Part shown: one piece after another, positions 47,920 to 57,854 of the stretch | Layout: every line of letters begins with the position of its first letter | Numbering within the stretch: position 1 is the first letter of the stretch | From: Chloroflexota bacterium | Lineage (GTDB): Bacteria > Chloroflexota > Chloroflexia > Chloroflexales > Herpetosiphonaceae | Direction: 5' to 3' | Length of the DNA stretch: 64,000 nucleotides | Assembly: GCA_020161265.1 (NCBI GenBank) | Contig: JAIUOC010000003.1 | Coordinates: 43,024-107,023, forward strand | Notes under the pieces: generated by a model | Told to the model about the DNA's origin: nothing | The model's input: only the letters and a program-made list of their open reading frames with translations | The model's database searches: none | Program-made: the position numbers and the translations under genes

Positions 47920-48909
47920 ATGCAATACACTGAACGCGATGCTGAAATGTTCCGGCGCACTGCTGCTGCAATTGAGGCTGAAATTGGCAAGGTGATTGTC
48001 GGGCAACGCGCCTTGATCCGCCAAACATTAATTACCTTGATCGCTGGTGGCAATGCGTTGCTTGAAGGTGTGCCAGGTTTGGCCAAAACAACCTTGATTC
48101 GCACGCTTTCCGAAGCGGTCGATTGCCAATTTAGCCGAATTCAATTTACCCCCGACTTGATGCCTGCTGATATCATCGGCACAACGATTATCGCCGAAGA
48201 TGAGCAAGGTCAAAAAGAATTCCGCTTCCAACGTGGGCCGATTTTCTCCAACTTGGTGCTCGCCGATGAAATTAACCGCGCTACGCCTAAAACTCAATCG
48301 GCGCTACTCGAAGCTATGCAAGAACATACGGTCAGTGTTGCCCGCACCAGTTACAAGCTCGAAGAGCCATTCTTTGTGCTAGCAACCCAAAACCCGCTTG
48401 AAATGGAAGGCACCTATCCATTGCCCGAAGCGCAACTCGACCGTTTCTTCTTCAAAATCAATGTGCCGTTTCCATCACCCCAAGAGTTGGTAGAAATTGC
48501 GCAACGTACCACGGGGACTGATCAAGCGAAGCCACAAAAGGTGATCAACGGCGCTACCTTGATTCAGTTGCAACAGATGGCGCGTTCGGTGCCAGTGGCG
48601 ACCCACGTCTTGAGCTATGCTGCGCGAATTATCAGCGCAACGCACCCCGATAGCCCACTTGCCCCCGAGCAAGTTAAGCGCTATGTGAGCTATGGCTCCA
48701 GCCCTCGTGGCATGCAAGCGTTGATTTTGGCAGGCAAAATTGCGGCCTTACTCGATGGCCGCACCAACGTCGCCTTCCGCGATTTGCGCGAAATGGCCAC
48801 GCCAACCCTGCGTCACCGAATTATCTTGTCGTTTGAGGGTCAAGCTGAGGGAGTTAACAGCGAAAGTATTGTCAATAGCATTTTGGAATCAATTAAGGAA
48901 GAAGCATGA
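47920..48909 (+). CDS. moxR: MoxR-family AAA+ ATPase
   Basis: Walker A GVPGLAKTT, Walker B LADEINR, typical 330-aa MoxR architecture. Confidence 0.9.
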   Translation: MQYTERDAEMFRRTAAAIEAEIGKVIVGQRALIRQTLITLIAGGNALLEGVPGLAKTTLIRTLSEAVDCQFSRIQFTPDLMPADIIGTTIIAEDEQGQKEFRFQRGPIFSNLVLADEINRATPKTQSALLEAMQEHTVSVARTSYKLEEPFFVLATQNPLEMEGTYPLPEAQLDRFFFKINVPFPSPQELVEIAQRTTGTDQAKPQKVINGATLIQLQQMARSVPVATHVLSYAARIISATHPDSPLAPEQVKRYVSYGSSPRGMQALILAGKIAALLDGRTNVAFRDLREMATPTLRHRIILSFEGQAEGVNSESIVNSILESIKEEA

Positions 48910-49631
48910 CCCGCCGTATTGCCCTAATCATTTTAGCCCTTGCTCTGGCCAGTTGCGGTAGCTACGCATCCGATAGTAGCCGCCAAGTCAGCATTCGTCC
49001 AACGATTGTGCCATCAACCCCTGCTCCGCCAGCAACCCAAGATCCGTTGGGCATTGCCAGCGAATTTATTCCGTTAGCAAAACCAGCTCAAATTCCGGCT
49101 GACGATCAACGCTCAATGGGCGATCCTAACGCGCCAGTCACAATTGTTGAATATAGCGATTTCCAATGCCCCTTCTGCCAACGCCATCATGTGTCGGTTT
49201 TCCCCGAACTGAAGGCCAAATATATTGATACTGGTATGGTGCGCTATGTATTCCGCAACTATATCGCTGTGGAAAGCCATACGTCTGCGCCAGCCGCTGG
49301 AGTTGCCAGCTTCTGCGCCATGGATCAAAACAAGTTTTGGGAAATGTATGACATGTTGTTTGTGCGAGCCAGCGAATGGGGCGTTGATCCCAATCTCGCG
49401 CCAACTGTGATGCTCAAGTATGCCGAAGAATTGGACTTGGATACCGCCGCCTTTGCCAAATGCCAAGCCGACCCAGAAGTTTTGGCCAAGGTCAATGCTG
49501 AAACTGCTGAGGCTGTGGCCGCCCAAGCAACTGGTACGCCAGCCTTCTTTATCGGCAACTACATCATTCCTGGGGCTTACCCACTCCAAGGTTTCGATGC
49601 CGCAATTGCCTTGGCAAACCAAAATCAATAA
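48906..49631 (+). CDS. DsbA-family thiol:disulfide oxidoreductase lipoprotein
   Basis: Lipobox LASC-GS. CPFC active site (YSDFQCPFCQRHH). 4-nt overlap with moxR. Confidence 0.8.
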   Translation: MTRRIALIILALALASCGSYASDSSRQVSIRPTIVPSTPAPPATQDPLGIASEFIPLAKPAQIPADDQRSMGDPNAPVTIVEYSDFQCPFCQRHHVSVFPELKAKYIDTGMVRYVFRNYIAVESHTSAPAAGVASFCAMDQNKFWEMYDMLFVRASEWGVDPNLAPTVMLKYAEELDLDTAAFAKCQADPEVLAKVNAETAEAVAAQATGTPAFFIGNYIIPGAYPLQGFDAAIALANQNQ

Positions 49632-49658
49632 TCGTTGGTTGAGTGTGGAGATGTTGCA

Positions 49659-50543
49659 ATGAGCGAACAAGCAGCGCTATTTGAACCACAATTCTTAAAA
49701 CAATTGGATCGTTTGGCGCTGCTGACGCGCCGCAATATTGCTGGCCAGATGCAAGGTGAACGCCGTTCGCCGCGCCGTGGCTCGTCGGTGGAATATGCCG
49801 ACTTCAAGCCCTACACGCCAGGCGATGATTTTCGCCAGATCGACTGGAATTTATATGCGCGTTTGGAGAAATTCTTTCTCAAGCTGTTTGTAGCCGAAGA
49901 AGAAATTACCCTCCACCTGCTGATCGATACCAGCGCTTCGATGGATTGGGGCGAGCCAAACAAGTTGCGCTATGCCGCTCAGGCAGCGGGCGCGTTAGGC
50001 TACATCGCCTTAGCCAGCCTTGATCGAGCGCAAGTCACCAGTTTTGGCGGTGGCAACGAGCAGCGAATTCCGGCAGGGCGGGGGCGGGCAGGTGTGCCGC
50101 CATTATTCAATCTGCTGAATCGACTCAAGGGCAACGGCGATACCAGCTTGTTGCAAGCTAGCCGCCGCTATATTCAAACGGCGCGGGTAGCTGGGCCATT
50201 GTTGTTATGCAGCGATTTGCTCACGCCCGATTGGGAAGAAGCCTTGCGCACGCTTGGCCGCCGCCCATTTGAAATTACTGTGCTGCATGTGCTCTCGCCT
50301 GATGAGCTGAATCCGCCATTCGAGGGCGATTTGAAATTGCTCGATGTTGAGGGTGGCGAATCGCTCGATGTCAGTGCTGATCTCGATTTATTGCAGCGTT
50401 ATGTTGAACGTTTGCAGGCATGGCGCGAAGAAGTTGAGCATTTTTGTACAACTCGTGGCATCAACTATATTTTTGTTGATACCAGCTTGCCTTTGGAATC
50501 ATTGTTGGTTTCAGTGCTACGCGAACGTCAAATTGTACGCTAG
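49659..50543 (+). CDS. DUF58 family protein (MoxR partner)
   Basis: Conserved YADFKPYTPGDDFRQIDWN motif of DUF58. Confidence 0.85.
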   Translation: MSEQAALFEPQFLKQLDRLALLTRRNIAGQMQGERRSPRRGSSVEYADFKPYTPGDDFRQIDWNLYARLEKFFLKLFVAEEEITLHLLIDTSASMDWGEPNKLRYAAQAAGALGYIALASLDRAQVTSFGGGNEQRIPAGRGRAGVPPLFNLLNRLKGNGDTSLLQASRRYIQTARVAGPLLLCSDLLTPDWEEALRTLGRRPFEITVLHVLSPDELNPPFEGDLKLLDVEGGESLDVSADLDLLQRYVERLQAWREEVEHFCTTRGINYIFVDTSLPLESLLVSVLRERQIVR

Positions 50544-50557
50544 AGCTAGAGGGGAAT

Positions 50558-50923
50558 ATGGAGAAACGTAAATTTAAACATTTAAGGACGTTTGTCTATT
50601 CATTAACCGCTGTTTTATGTATTACAGGTCTCTATTTAGCAATCCAACAGAGCCGCTCGTGGATCGGCGTTATTTTAATTATCGCTAGTTTACTTTCTTG
50701 TTATCGTGGTATTCGTTATATTGACTATTTAGAACGTGATGAAGTCATTGATGATCCACGAATAACTCGCCATCGTCAAGAAGCATCCAAAGTTATTTAT
50801 GTATCAATTGTTGATGATGCAGGCAATCTGCTACCCGATGCTGAAGCCAAAGCCAAAATTCGCCAAGCCGAAGCCCAAGCTGGCCCACGCGATACGATTA
50901 TTTCGGTAAAACATAAGGTTTGA
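50558..50923 (+). CDS. hypothetical two-TM membrane protein, AT-rich gene
   Basis: Track ORF. Markedly lower G+C than its neighbours. Confidence 0.5.
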   Translation: MEKRKFKHLRTFVYSLTAVLCITGLYLAIQQSRSWIGVILIIASLLSCYRGIRYIDYLERDEVIDDPRITRHRQEASKVIYVSIVDDAGNLLPDAEAKAKIRQAEAQAGPRDTIISVKHKV

Positions 50924-50924
50924 T

Positions 50925-51485
50925 ATGCAACCAATTGAATTAGAATATAAACTTGATTTTACGGATTATCAGGCAGCCAATTTAGCGATGTTTAAGCACA
51001 GCCCACGCTATCAAGAATCGCTGAATTTAAATCGCTATTACGAACTATTACTGTATGTTTTAGGTGTTGGATTAATCGCCTTCTTTATTGCTGCCCTGAT
51101 TCAAGTTGGGCATTTAATTATTTGGTTAATTGTGCTTGGACTAGTGCTATTAAGTGCTTGGATTGTTTATAACCATCGGGATATGCGTGAATTTACCTTG
51201 GATTATTTACAAAGAAATTATCGGCATGAACAAGCGAGTTTTGAATTACCAACAGCCTTTATCGGTGATTCAAGCCATATTGAAGAAACAAATGCTTGTT
51301 TCAGTAGCAGCTATAAATGGAATTTTATTCAAACTATTTTGGATGAAGCCGAACATATTCTCTTGGTTAGTCATAATAATCGGGTGGTTGTTATACCCAA
51401 GCGAGCATTTAAATCGCCAGCCGATCAGCAGATAGCGTTGCAACAATTTGCCCAATATCATGCTGACGCACAGCTAGCAGAGTGA
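50925..51485 (+). CDS. hypothetical membrane protein (YcxB-like architecture), AT-rich gene
   Basis: Two adjacent TM helices after about 45 aa. Start 2 nt after the previous stop. Low G+C. Confidence 0.5.
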   Translation: MQPIELEYKLDFTDYQAANLAMFKHSPRYQESLNLNRYYELLLYVLGVGLIAFFIAALIQVGHLIIWLIVLGLVLLSAWIVYNHRDMREFTLDYLQRNYRHEQASFELPTAFIGDSSHIEETNACFSSSYKWNFIQTILDEAEHILLVSHNNRVVVIPKRAFKSPADQQIALQQFAQYHADAQLAE

Positions 51486-51494
51486 GTAGATTGT

Positions 51495-53399
51495 ATGGGA
51501 TTTATTGCACCATTAATGTTTATCGCAGGCGGCACGGTTCTGGCAGGAATTGTGGCCATGTACATCTTGCGCCTCCGCCGCGAGGAACGCACGGTTTCGT
51601 CAACCTTTTTATGGAATCAATTGGTTCGCGATGTTGAGGCCAACGCGCCGTGGCAACGCCTCCGCCATAATTGGTTGCTTTGGCTGCAATTGCTCATTGC
51701 CTTGCTCTTGGCGTTTGCCCTGGCCCGACCGTTCAGCCCAACCGTTGGGGTTAGTGGGCAAAATCTCATTGTGATTATCGATCGCTCGGCTTCGATGGGC
51801 GCTACCGATGTTGATACCAATCGGCTGGCAGCTGCCAAGGCTGAAGCAATTCGCTTGGTTGATCAGTTGCCTGATGGCGCACGCGCTACGATTATGGCGA
51901 TCGGCGGCGAGCTTGATGTGCCTGCTGCTGCCACCACTGACCGCCGCGAAATTCGCGATGCAATCGAAGGCATAGAATTGCGCTTAGGTGGTGGCTCGGA
52001 TATGTCGCAAGCCCTGAGTTTGGCTGGGGCATTGGCGGCGCGTGAAGAAGAATCGGAAGTGGCAATTTTGACCGATGGCCAAGTAACCGTGCCAATGAGT
52101 GCCACTTTACCCGCCAAAATTCGCTATTTCCCAGTTGGCACGAGCAACAACAATCAGGCGATCGCGGCAATTGCCTTGAACGAACTAGCGCCAGGCACGT
52201 TGACCTTCTTTGCCCGCGTTACCAACGAAGGCCAAGAGCGGGTTACGCGGCGTTTGTTGGTAACCCTCGATGGCACCTTGTTCAATGCCTATGATCTCGA
52301 AATTTTGCCCGGCCAAGATCAAACCGTCAATATCGATGTGCCAGCAACCGCCACCACGGTTGAGGCGCGGCTTGATGGCAGTGATAGCCTGCCCAGTGAC
52401 GATGTGGCTTGGGCAATTCGCCCATCAAGCGATGCAATTCCGGTGCGTTTTGTCACGCCAGGTAATCGTTTTCTGGCTACGGCCTTGGGCTTGATGCCAC
52501 GGGTACAAGTTTCGGCCTATCTGACTGAAACTGCCACCTTTACTGATACGGCCTTGCTGACGGTGCTCGATGCCAGTTTGCCAGAGCCGTTACCCGCTGG
52601 CAATTTGCTGTTTATCGCACCCTATCGCTCGACCGAATATTTCTCGGTGACTGGAAGTTTGGATCGACCAGTGCCCCGCCCCGCCCCAACCGATGATCCG
52701 TTGTTGCGCAATGTTGAGCTGGGCGAAGTCAATATTTTGAAATCGGCACGGATTGAAAATGCACCTTGGGCACATACGGTGATCGATAGTGCGGCTGGCC
52801 CGTTGCTAATTGCAGGCGAAGTTGATGGGCGACGGATTGCGGTGCTCGGCTTCGACACCCATGATTCCGATTTACCATTGAATATTTCATTTCCATTGTT
52901 GATTGCCAATTTGGTGGGCTACTTAGCACCTGGGACTGGTGGCGATTCGGCGATTTTGCCGCCTGATCAAGAATTAGCCTTTGCGGTAACCAATGATATT
53001 AGCGGCGTGCGCTTAATTCAGCCCAATGGTGAAACCCACGAAGCCACGCCAAGCAATGGCTTGATCAGTTTCGATGGGAGTTTGATGAACCAAGCTGGCA
53101 TTTACAGCGTCGAATTGCTACGCGATGGCGTGGTCAGTAAAACCCAGCGCTATGTAGTCAATGCATATCGCGAAAGCGAAGCCAAAATTACCCCAGTTCA
53201 AGTGCTCGATGTCGCCCAAATTGGCGGCGGTCAAGTTGGCTCAAGCGAAACCACCCAAGCCAAAGCAGGCCGTGAAGAGTGGTGGCGTTGGTTGGCTTTG
53301 GCAGCATTAATTTTTGTGTTGATCGAATGGGTCTTTGCCCAACGTAGCGCCTTCACACGGCTCAAACTGTGGTGGAATGCGCGGCGCAGCGCGGCGTAG
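51495..53399 (+). CDS. BatA-like protein: N-terminal double-TM aerotolerance domain plus von Willebrand factor A domain, C-terminal TM
   Basis: N-terminus MGFIAPLMFIAGG...LRLRREER...FLW. VWA MIDAS motif IDRSASM. Confidence 0.8.
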   Translation: MGFIAPLMFIAGGTVLAGIVAMYILRLRREERTVSSTFLWNQLVRDVEANAPWQRLRHNWLLWLQLLIALLLAFALARPFSPTVGVSGQNLIVIIDRSASMGATDVDTNRLAAAKAEAIRLVDQLPDGARATIMAIGGELDVPAAATTDRREIRDAIEGIELRLGGGSDMSQALSLAGALAAREEESEVAILTDGQVTVPMSATLPAKIRYFPVGTSNNNQAIAAIALNELAPGTLTFFARVTNEGQERVTRRLLVTLDGTLFNAYDLEILPGQDQTVNIDVPATATTVEARLDGSDSLPSDDVAWAIRPSSDAIPVRFVTPGNRFLATALGLMPRVQVSAYLTETATFTDTALLTVLDASLPEPLPAGNLLFIAPYRSTEYFSVTGSLDRPVPRPAPTDDPLLRNVELGEVNILKSARIENAPWAHTVIDSAAGPLLIAGEVDGRRIAVLGFDTHDSDLPLNISFPLLIANLVGYLAPGTGGDSAILPPDQELAFAVTNDISGVRLIQPNGETHEATPSNGLISFDGSLMNQAGIYSVELLRDGVVSKTQRYVVNAYRESEAKITPVQVLDVAQIGGGQVGSSETTQAKAGREEWWRWLALAALIFVLIEWVFAQRSAFTRLKLWWNARRSAA

Positions 53400-53578
53400 A
53401 TAGTTCCCTGATCCTAAAGTTGAGGGAACCCAATCCGATGATTTAGCGTTCATGCTATTCAGTTGAAGTCTAAATCGAAACGAAACCGAAACGTTCAACA
53501 GTTCGGCGTTTGCTGGCGCAAGCTGTTCATGGAGAGGTTCCCGATGCCATTGGCATTTGGCCTTGCTAGGGTGAAGTT

Positions 53579-56431
53579 ATGCTATCGTTTGTCCGACCAG
53601 AATATCTCTGGTTTTTGCTGGCGTTGCCGCTGGTCTGGCTGTTAGGCTGGCTCAATAACCGTGGTCGCACAGGCCAACGCCGTTGGTGGGCCTTGGGGTT
53701 ACGCACACTATTGCTGCTGTGTTTGATCGGCAGCCTTGCCGGAACCCAATTACGCCAGCCAGTTCAAAACCTAACCACGGTGTTTTTGCTCGATAGCTCC
53801 GACTCAATCGCCCCAGGCCAACGCTCTAGCAACGAGCAATTTATTGCCCAAGCACTCGAAACCATGCAAGAAGGCGATAAAGCCGCCGTCGTGGTGTTTG
53901 GCGAAAACGCGTTGGTTGAGCGGGTTCCCTCTGAAATTCAGCGCTTAGGTACGATTCAATCGGTGCCAATTGCTGCCCGTACTGACATCAGCGAAGCAAT
54001 ACAGCTTGGTTTGGCGCTGTTTCCCGCCGATACCCAAAAACGTTTGGTGTTGCTCTCCGATGGCGGCGAGAACAGTGGCCGCGCCTTGGATATGATCCCA
54101 CTGGCGCAACGCCGCAATGTGCCAATTGATATTGTGCCAACAGGCATTGGCCAAGGCAACCCCGAAGTGGCAATTAGTGCCTTTCGTGCACCATCAGCCG
54201 CCCGTTCAGGCCAAGAAATTCAGTTGATCGCTACGATTGAAAGCAATACCGCTCAATCAGCTCAATTGCGCTGGCGAGCCGATGAGCAAATTGTGCTGGA
54301 AGAAGCGATCAATCTGCCAGTGGGCACGAGTAGTTTCACCACCACGCTCGTTGTCAACGACCAAGGCTTCCATCGCTATAGCGCCCAAGTTGTGCCAACC
54401 AGCGATACGCGTGCCCAAAATAATGTGGCGGCTTCATTGGTGCAAATTGGCGGCCCGCCCAAGGTGCTGCTGGTTGAAGGTGAAGTCGGCGATGCAAGTG
54501 CGCTCAAGCCAGCACTCGAAGCTGCCAACCTTGTGCCAGTGGTCGTTCCGGCCACTGGCTTGCCCACCGATTTAGCAGCATTGAGCGATTATGAAGCAGT
54601 CTTGTTGCTGAATGTACCTTCGCGCGATATCGATCAAGATACCCAAAAATTATTACGCTCATATGTTGGCGACCTTGGGCGTGGCTTGGCAATGATCGGC
54701 GGTCGCCAAAGTTTTGGCGTGGGTGGCTACACGGCAACGCCAATCGAAGAAGCCTTGCCTGTCAACATGGATGTGCGCAATCGTCAACAACGCCCTGATA
54801 TTGCCTTGGTGTTTATCATCGATAAGTCGGGCAGTATGGATGCTTGTCACTGTAATGGTGGCGATATGGCGGCGCGTGAAGGTGGCGGCACTCGCAAAAT
54901 CGATATTGCCAAAGAGGCGGTGGCTCAAGCCGCTGCAGTGCTGGGCAAAGACGATAAATTGGGTGTGGTAACCTTCGATGATTCGGCGCATTGGACGATT
55001 CAACTCGACAAAGTGCCTAGCCAAGATGATGTTGTCGCGGCTTTGGCTCCTGTGCCACCAAGCGGCCAAACCAACGTGGTGAGTGGCATGAACGCTGCCT
55101 ATGAGCAATTGCGTCAAAGCGATGCTAAAATCAAACATGCGATTTTGCTGACCGATGGTTGGGGCCATGCCACCGATATCGGATCAATCGCCGAAAACAT
55201 GAATAAAGATGGCATTACGCTCTCGGTAGTTGCAGCAGGCAATGGCTCGGATAACGCTTTGCAACGCTATGCTGAGCTAGGTGGCGGACGCTATTATCCA
55301 GCCCGCGTGATGGAAGAAGTGCCGCAAATCTTCTTGCAAGAAACGATTCAGGCGGTTGGCACTTATATCGTTGAAGAACAATTTACTCCGGCTTATGCTG
55401 GCGATAGCCCGGTGCTGGCCGATTTGCAAGAAGGCTTGCCAAGCTTGTTGGGCTATAACGGCACGGTCGAAAAAGATAACGCTCAAGTTATTTTGACCGC
55501 CAGCGATGGCTCGCCAATTTTGGCCCAATGGCAATATGGGCTTGGTCGGAGCATCGCTTGGACCAGCGATCTCAAGGGCAAATGGGCCAGCAATTGGGTC
55601 ACATGGGATGAATTTCCACGTTTTACGGCGCAGTTGGTGGGCTGGCTTTTGCCACGTATCAGCAACGATAATGTTAGCGGTGAGGCCTCGTTAATTGGCA
55701 GCGACGTGCAAATTGATATTGTTGCCAACGACGAGCAGGGTAATCCGCAAACCGCGATGAATGTTAATGCTCGTTTGGTTGGGCCAACTGGCGAGGCGAT
55801 TGATGCCACCTTGGCTGAAGTTGGGCCTGGGCAATATCGCGCACGGGTGGCTAGCCCAATTGCTGGCACCTATTTGATTCAGGTGATCGGCAATGATGCG
55901 AATGGTAAGCCAGCCTTTGCACGCACCTTGGGCTTGATTGTGCCCTACTCGCCAGAATATCGCCAAGGCCAATCCAACCCTGAATTGCTGAGCACTTTGG
56001 CCAAAGCCACCGCTGGTCGCAGCTTGAGCCAGCCAATGCAAGCGTTTGATCATACGCTGGATGCGGTGCGCCGTGCTACGCCAATTGATTTGGGCTTGTT
56101 ATTTGCAGCATTGGTGTTGCTGTTGCTTGATATTGCAATTCGCCGCCTCAACTTGCGCCGCAAAGATTTTGCCGCCTTGCAAGCAGCTCGCAAAGAGCGC
56201 CAAACGATTGCTGCCGCCCCAACGGCCACCATGAACAGTTTGCAGGGAGCCAAGGGTCGTGCCCGCCAGCAAATGTTTAGCGATAAGAGCGAGCGCGAAG
56301 TTAAGCCCAAAGAAAACCCAGCAACTACGCCATTACCAAGTACACCAAACAATCCAACCAAAGCCGTTGATGAGGCCGAAGATCCACTCGAACGGCTCCG
56401 CGCCGCCAAAAACCGTGCTCGTCGGCAGTAA
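53579..56431 (+). CDS. large BatA/BatB-like protein with two VWA domains and C-terminal TM plus basic tail
   Basis: BatA-type N-terminus (LWFLLALPLVWLL...RRWW). MIDAS motifs LLDSSDS and IIDKSGSM. 950 aa. Confidence 0.8.
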   Translation: MLSFVRPEYLWFLLALPLVWLLGWLNNRGRTGQRRWWALGLRTLLLLCLIGSLAGTQLRQPVQNLTTVFLLDSSDSIAPGQRSSNEQFIAQALETMQEGDKAAVVVFGENALVERVPSEIQRLGTIQSVPIAARTDISEAIQLGLALFPADTQKRLVLLSDGGENSGRALDMIPLAQRRNVPIDIVPTGIGQGNPEVAISAFRAPSAARSGQEIQLIATIESNTAQSAQLRWRADEQIVLEEAINLPVGTSSFTTTLVVNDQGFHRYSAQVVPTSDTRAQNNVAASLVQIGGPPKVLLVEGEVGDASALKPALEAANLVPVVVPATGLPTDLAALSDYEAVLLLNVPSRDIDQDTQKLLRSYVGDLGRGLAMIGGRQSFGVGGYTATPIEEALPVNMDVRNRQQRPDIALVFIIDKSGSMDACHCNGGDMAAREGGGTRKIDIAKEAVAQAAAVLGKDDKLGVVTFDDSAHWTIQLDKVPSQDDVVAALAPVPPSGQTNVVSGMNAAYEQLRQSDAKIKHAILLTDGWGHATDIGSIAENMNKDGITLSVVAAGNGSDNALQRYAELGGGRYYPARVMEEVPQIFLQETIQAVGTYIVEEQFTPAYAGDSPVLADLQEGLPSLLGYNGTVEKDNAQVILTASDGSPILAQWQYGLGRSIAWTSDLKGKWASNWVTWDEFPRFTAQLVGWLLPRISNDNVSGEASLIGSDVQIDIVANDEQGNPQTAMNVNARLVGPTGEAIDATLAEVGPGQYRARVASPIAGTYLIQVIGNDANGKPAFARTLGLIVPYSPEYRQGQSNPELLSTLAKATAGRSLSQPMQAFDHTLDAVRRATPIDLGLLFAALVLLLLDIAIRRLNLRRKDFAALQAARKERQTIAAAPTATMNSLQGAKGRARQQMFSDKSEREVKPKENPATTPLPSTPNNPTKAVDEAEDPLERLRAAKNRARRQ

Positions 56432-56436
56432 GCTTT

Positions 56437-56502
56437 GATCCACGAAGGACACGAAGAAACACTAAAAATAGGTTTTCGTGCCCTTCGTGTCCTTCGTGGA
56501 TC
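56437..56502. terminator. perfect 20-bp inverted repeat (gatccacgaaggacacgaag / cttcgtgtccttcgtggatc) 6 nt after the VWA gene stop
   Basis: Arms at 56437-56456 and 56483-56502 with a 26-nt loop, followed by an A/T-rich stretch. Built from the cacgaag word family. Confidence 0.6.
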
Positions 56503-56514
56503 AAAAATAACTGA

Positions 56515-57006
56515 TCATTTACTCTGTACTTCTGCGTTATATGCTCTATGTTCTATGTTCTTAACCAAGTATGTAGGTTGCTCATGCTCAACCTCAAAGC
56601 CGCAGGCCTGATAAAAACTTGCGGCTTCGGGATTATCGGCTAGCACCCAAACCGCGCTTATAGCCTGTTCGCGCATCCATGCTTCCATTGTTTGCATGAG
56701 AGCTTGGCCGATGCCTTTACGCCGCCATTGGTGATGCACGCCAATTTCATACAGCAAGACCTCGCTACCCTCGCCTGAGCGCAACGGCACAACCACACAA
56801 TACAAAAAGCCCGTAATCAACTCAGCCTCACGCGCAACCCAATACAAGACCGCTGGATTGGCCAAAAACTGGCGTGCTGCCTGATCATCAAGTGCGGTCA
56901 GTGGCTCATCAGTCTCAGGCTCAAGCCCAAATAGCGCATCATCCAACGCCAATTGTTGAATAATCGCCTCGTCGCCAACCCCCAGCCGATCGATGGTGAT
57001 TGCCAT
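56515..57006 (-). CDS. GNAT family N-acetyltransferase
   Basis: Motif A QWRRKGIGQALM and ACGF. The last about 12 codons lie inside the ctatgttctatg word repeat. Confidence 0.75.
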   Translation of the reverse strand: MAITIDRLGVGDEAIIQQLALDDALFGLEPETDEPLTALDDQAARQFLANPAVLYWVAREAELITGFLYCVVVPLRSGEGSEVLLYEIGVHHQWRRKGIGQALMQTMEAWMREQAISAVWVLADNPEAASFYQACGFEVEHEQPTYLVKNIEHRAYNAEVQSK

Positions 57007-57051
57007 GATTTAAACTCCTTTCGTGATGTTGAGACAAGCCCTCCAGCAAGT

Positions 57052-57747
57052 TTAGCGTTCAGGATTCTTGAGAAAGCGTAATGGCCCACTCATTCTATTC
57101 CGCCCATAGACATCAGCAAAGTAATAGCCGCTACTATCTGGCTCCCAAGCGTTGCTACAAATCTCAGGGTAATTATTGGAGTATGAAACAACTAAATCCC
57201 CCACTGGCGATTTGCCAATTGCTGAACGGAAAATTTGGCCTGAGTCAGCAATATATTGTTGATCTGGTGACTTTACATATGGTTCGCGATAATCTGACAT
57301 TAGGAGCGAATCCCACCCAGTCGTAGTTTGCTGATCATCAGGCAGTTCGGCTTTTGTCACCTCTCCTGTGGTTAAGTTAACGAGCCAGTATGGATCTACT
57401 AAAACAATATCTTGCGTTGAATCATTGATCCAGCCCAATTCGTTACTATAGGCATCGATTCCATAGCTATTAGCAGGATACTCAACCTCGTCGCCAGTCT
57501 TTAAATTATAGATTTTCTGTGATCCCCACCCGTCGGTAAATGCCGTTGCTAAAACAAAGTTACGAGCTGGCGAAATAATGCAATCACCGATTGGTTCGTC
57601 AACAATAATCGGCGCAATCCGCGCATTTTCAGGTGTATCTCGGTCAAATATACGATTAATTGCAAAAGCCACAACGCCGATTGCCAAACTACAACTGACT
57701 ACAACGCCCAACAACGTCCACAAAATAACTTTAAGCCAATAAGGCAT
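57052..57747 (-). CDS. hypothetical membrane-anchored protein, AT-rich gene
   Basis: N-terminal TM, then a Tyr/Asp/Trp-rich extracytoplasmic body. Visibly lower G+C than its flanks. Confidence 0.5.
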   Translation of the reverse strand: MPYWLKVILWTLLGVVVSCSLAIGVVAFAINRIFDRDTPENARIAPIIVDEPIGDCIISPARNFVLATAFTDGWGSQKIYNLKTGDEVEYPANSYGIDAYSNELGWINDSTQDIVLVDPYWLVNLTTGEVTKAELPDDQQTTTGWDSLLMSDYREPYVKSPDQQYIADSGQIFRSAIGKSPVGDLVVSYSNNYPEICSNAWEPDSSGYYFADVYGRNRMSGPLRFLKNPER

Positions 57748-57854
57748 GATCTGCTTCCTCTCTGCTGGTTAAAGTTGGTGATTAATTGCTGCTTGACTCT
57801 GCCACTGTGATAGGGTGTAGCATCAACGACATCGGATTTACAAGGATGGTTGCT

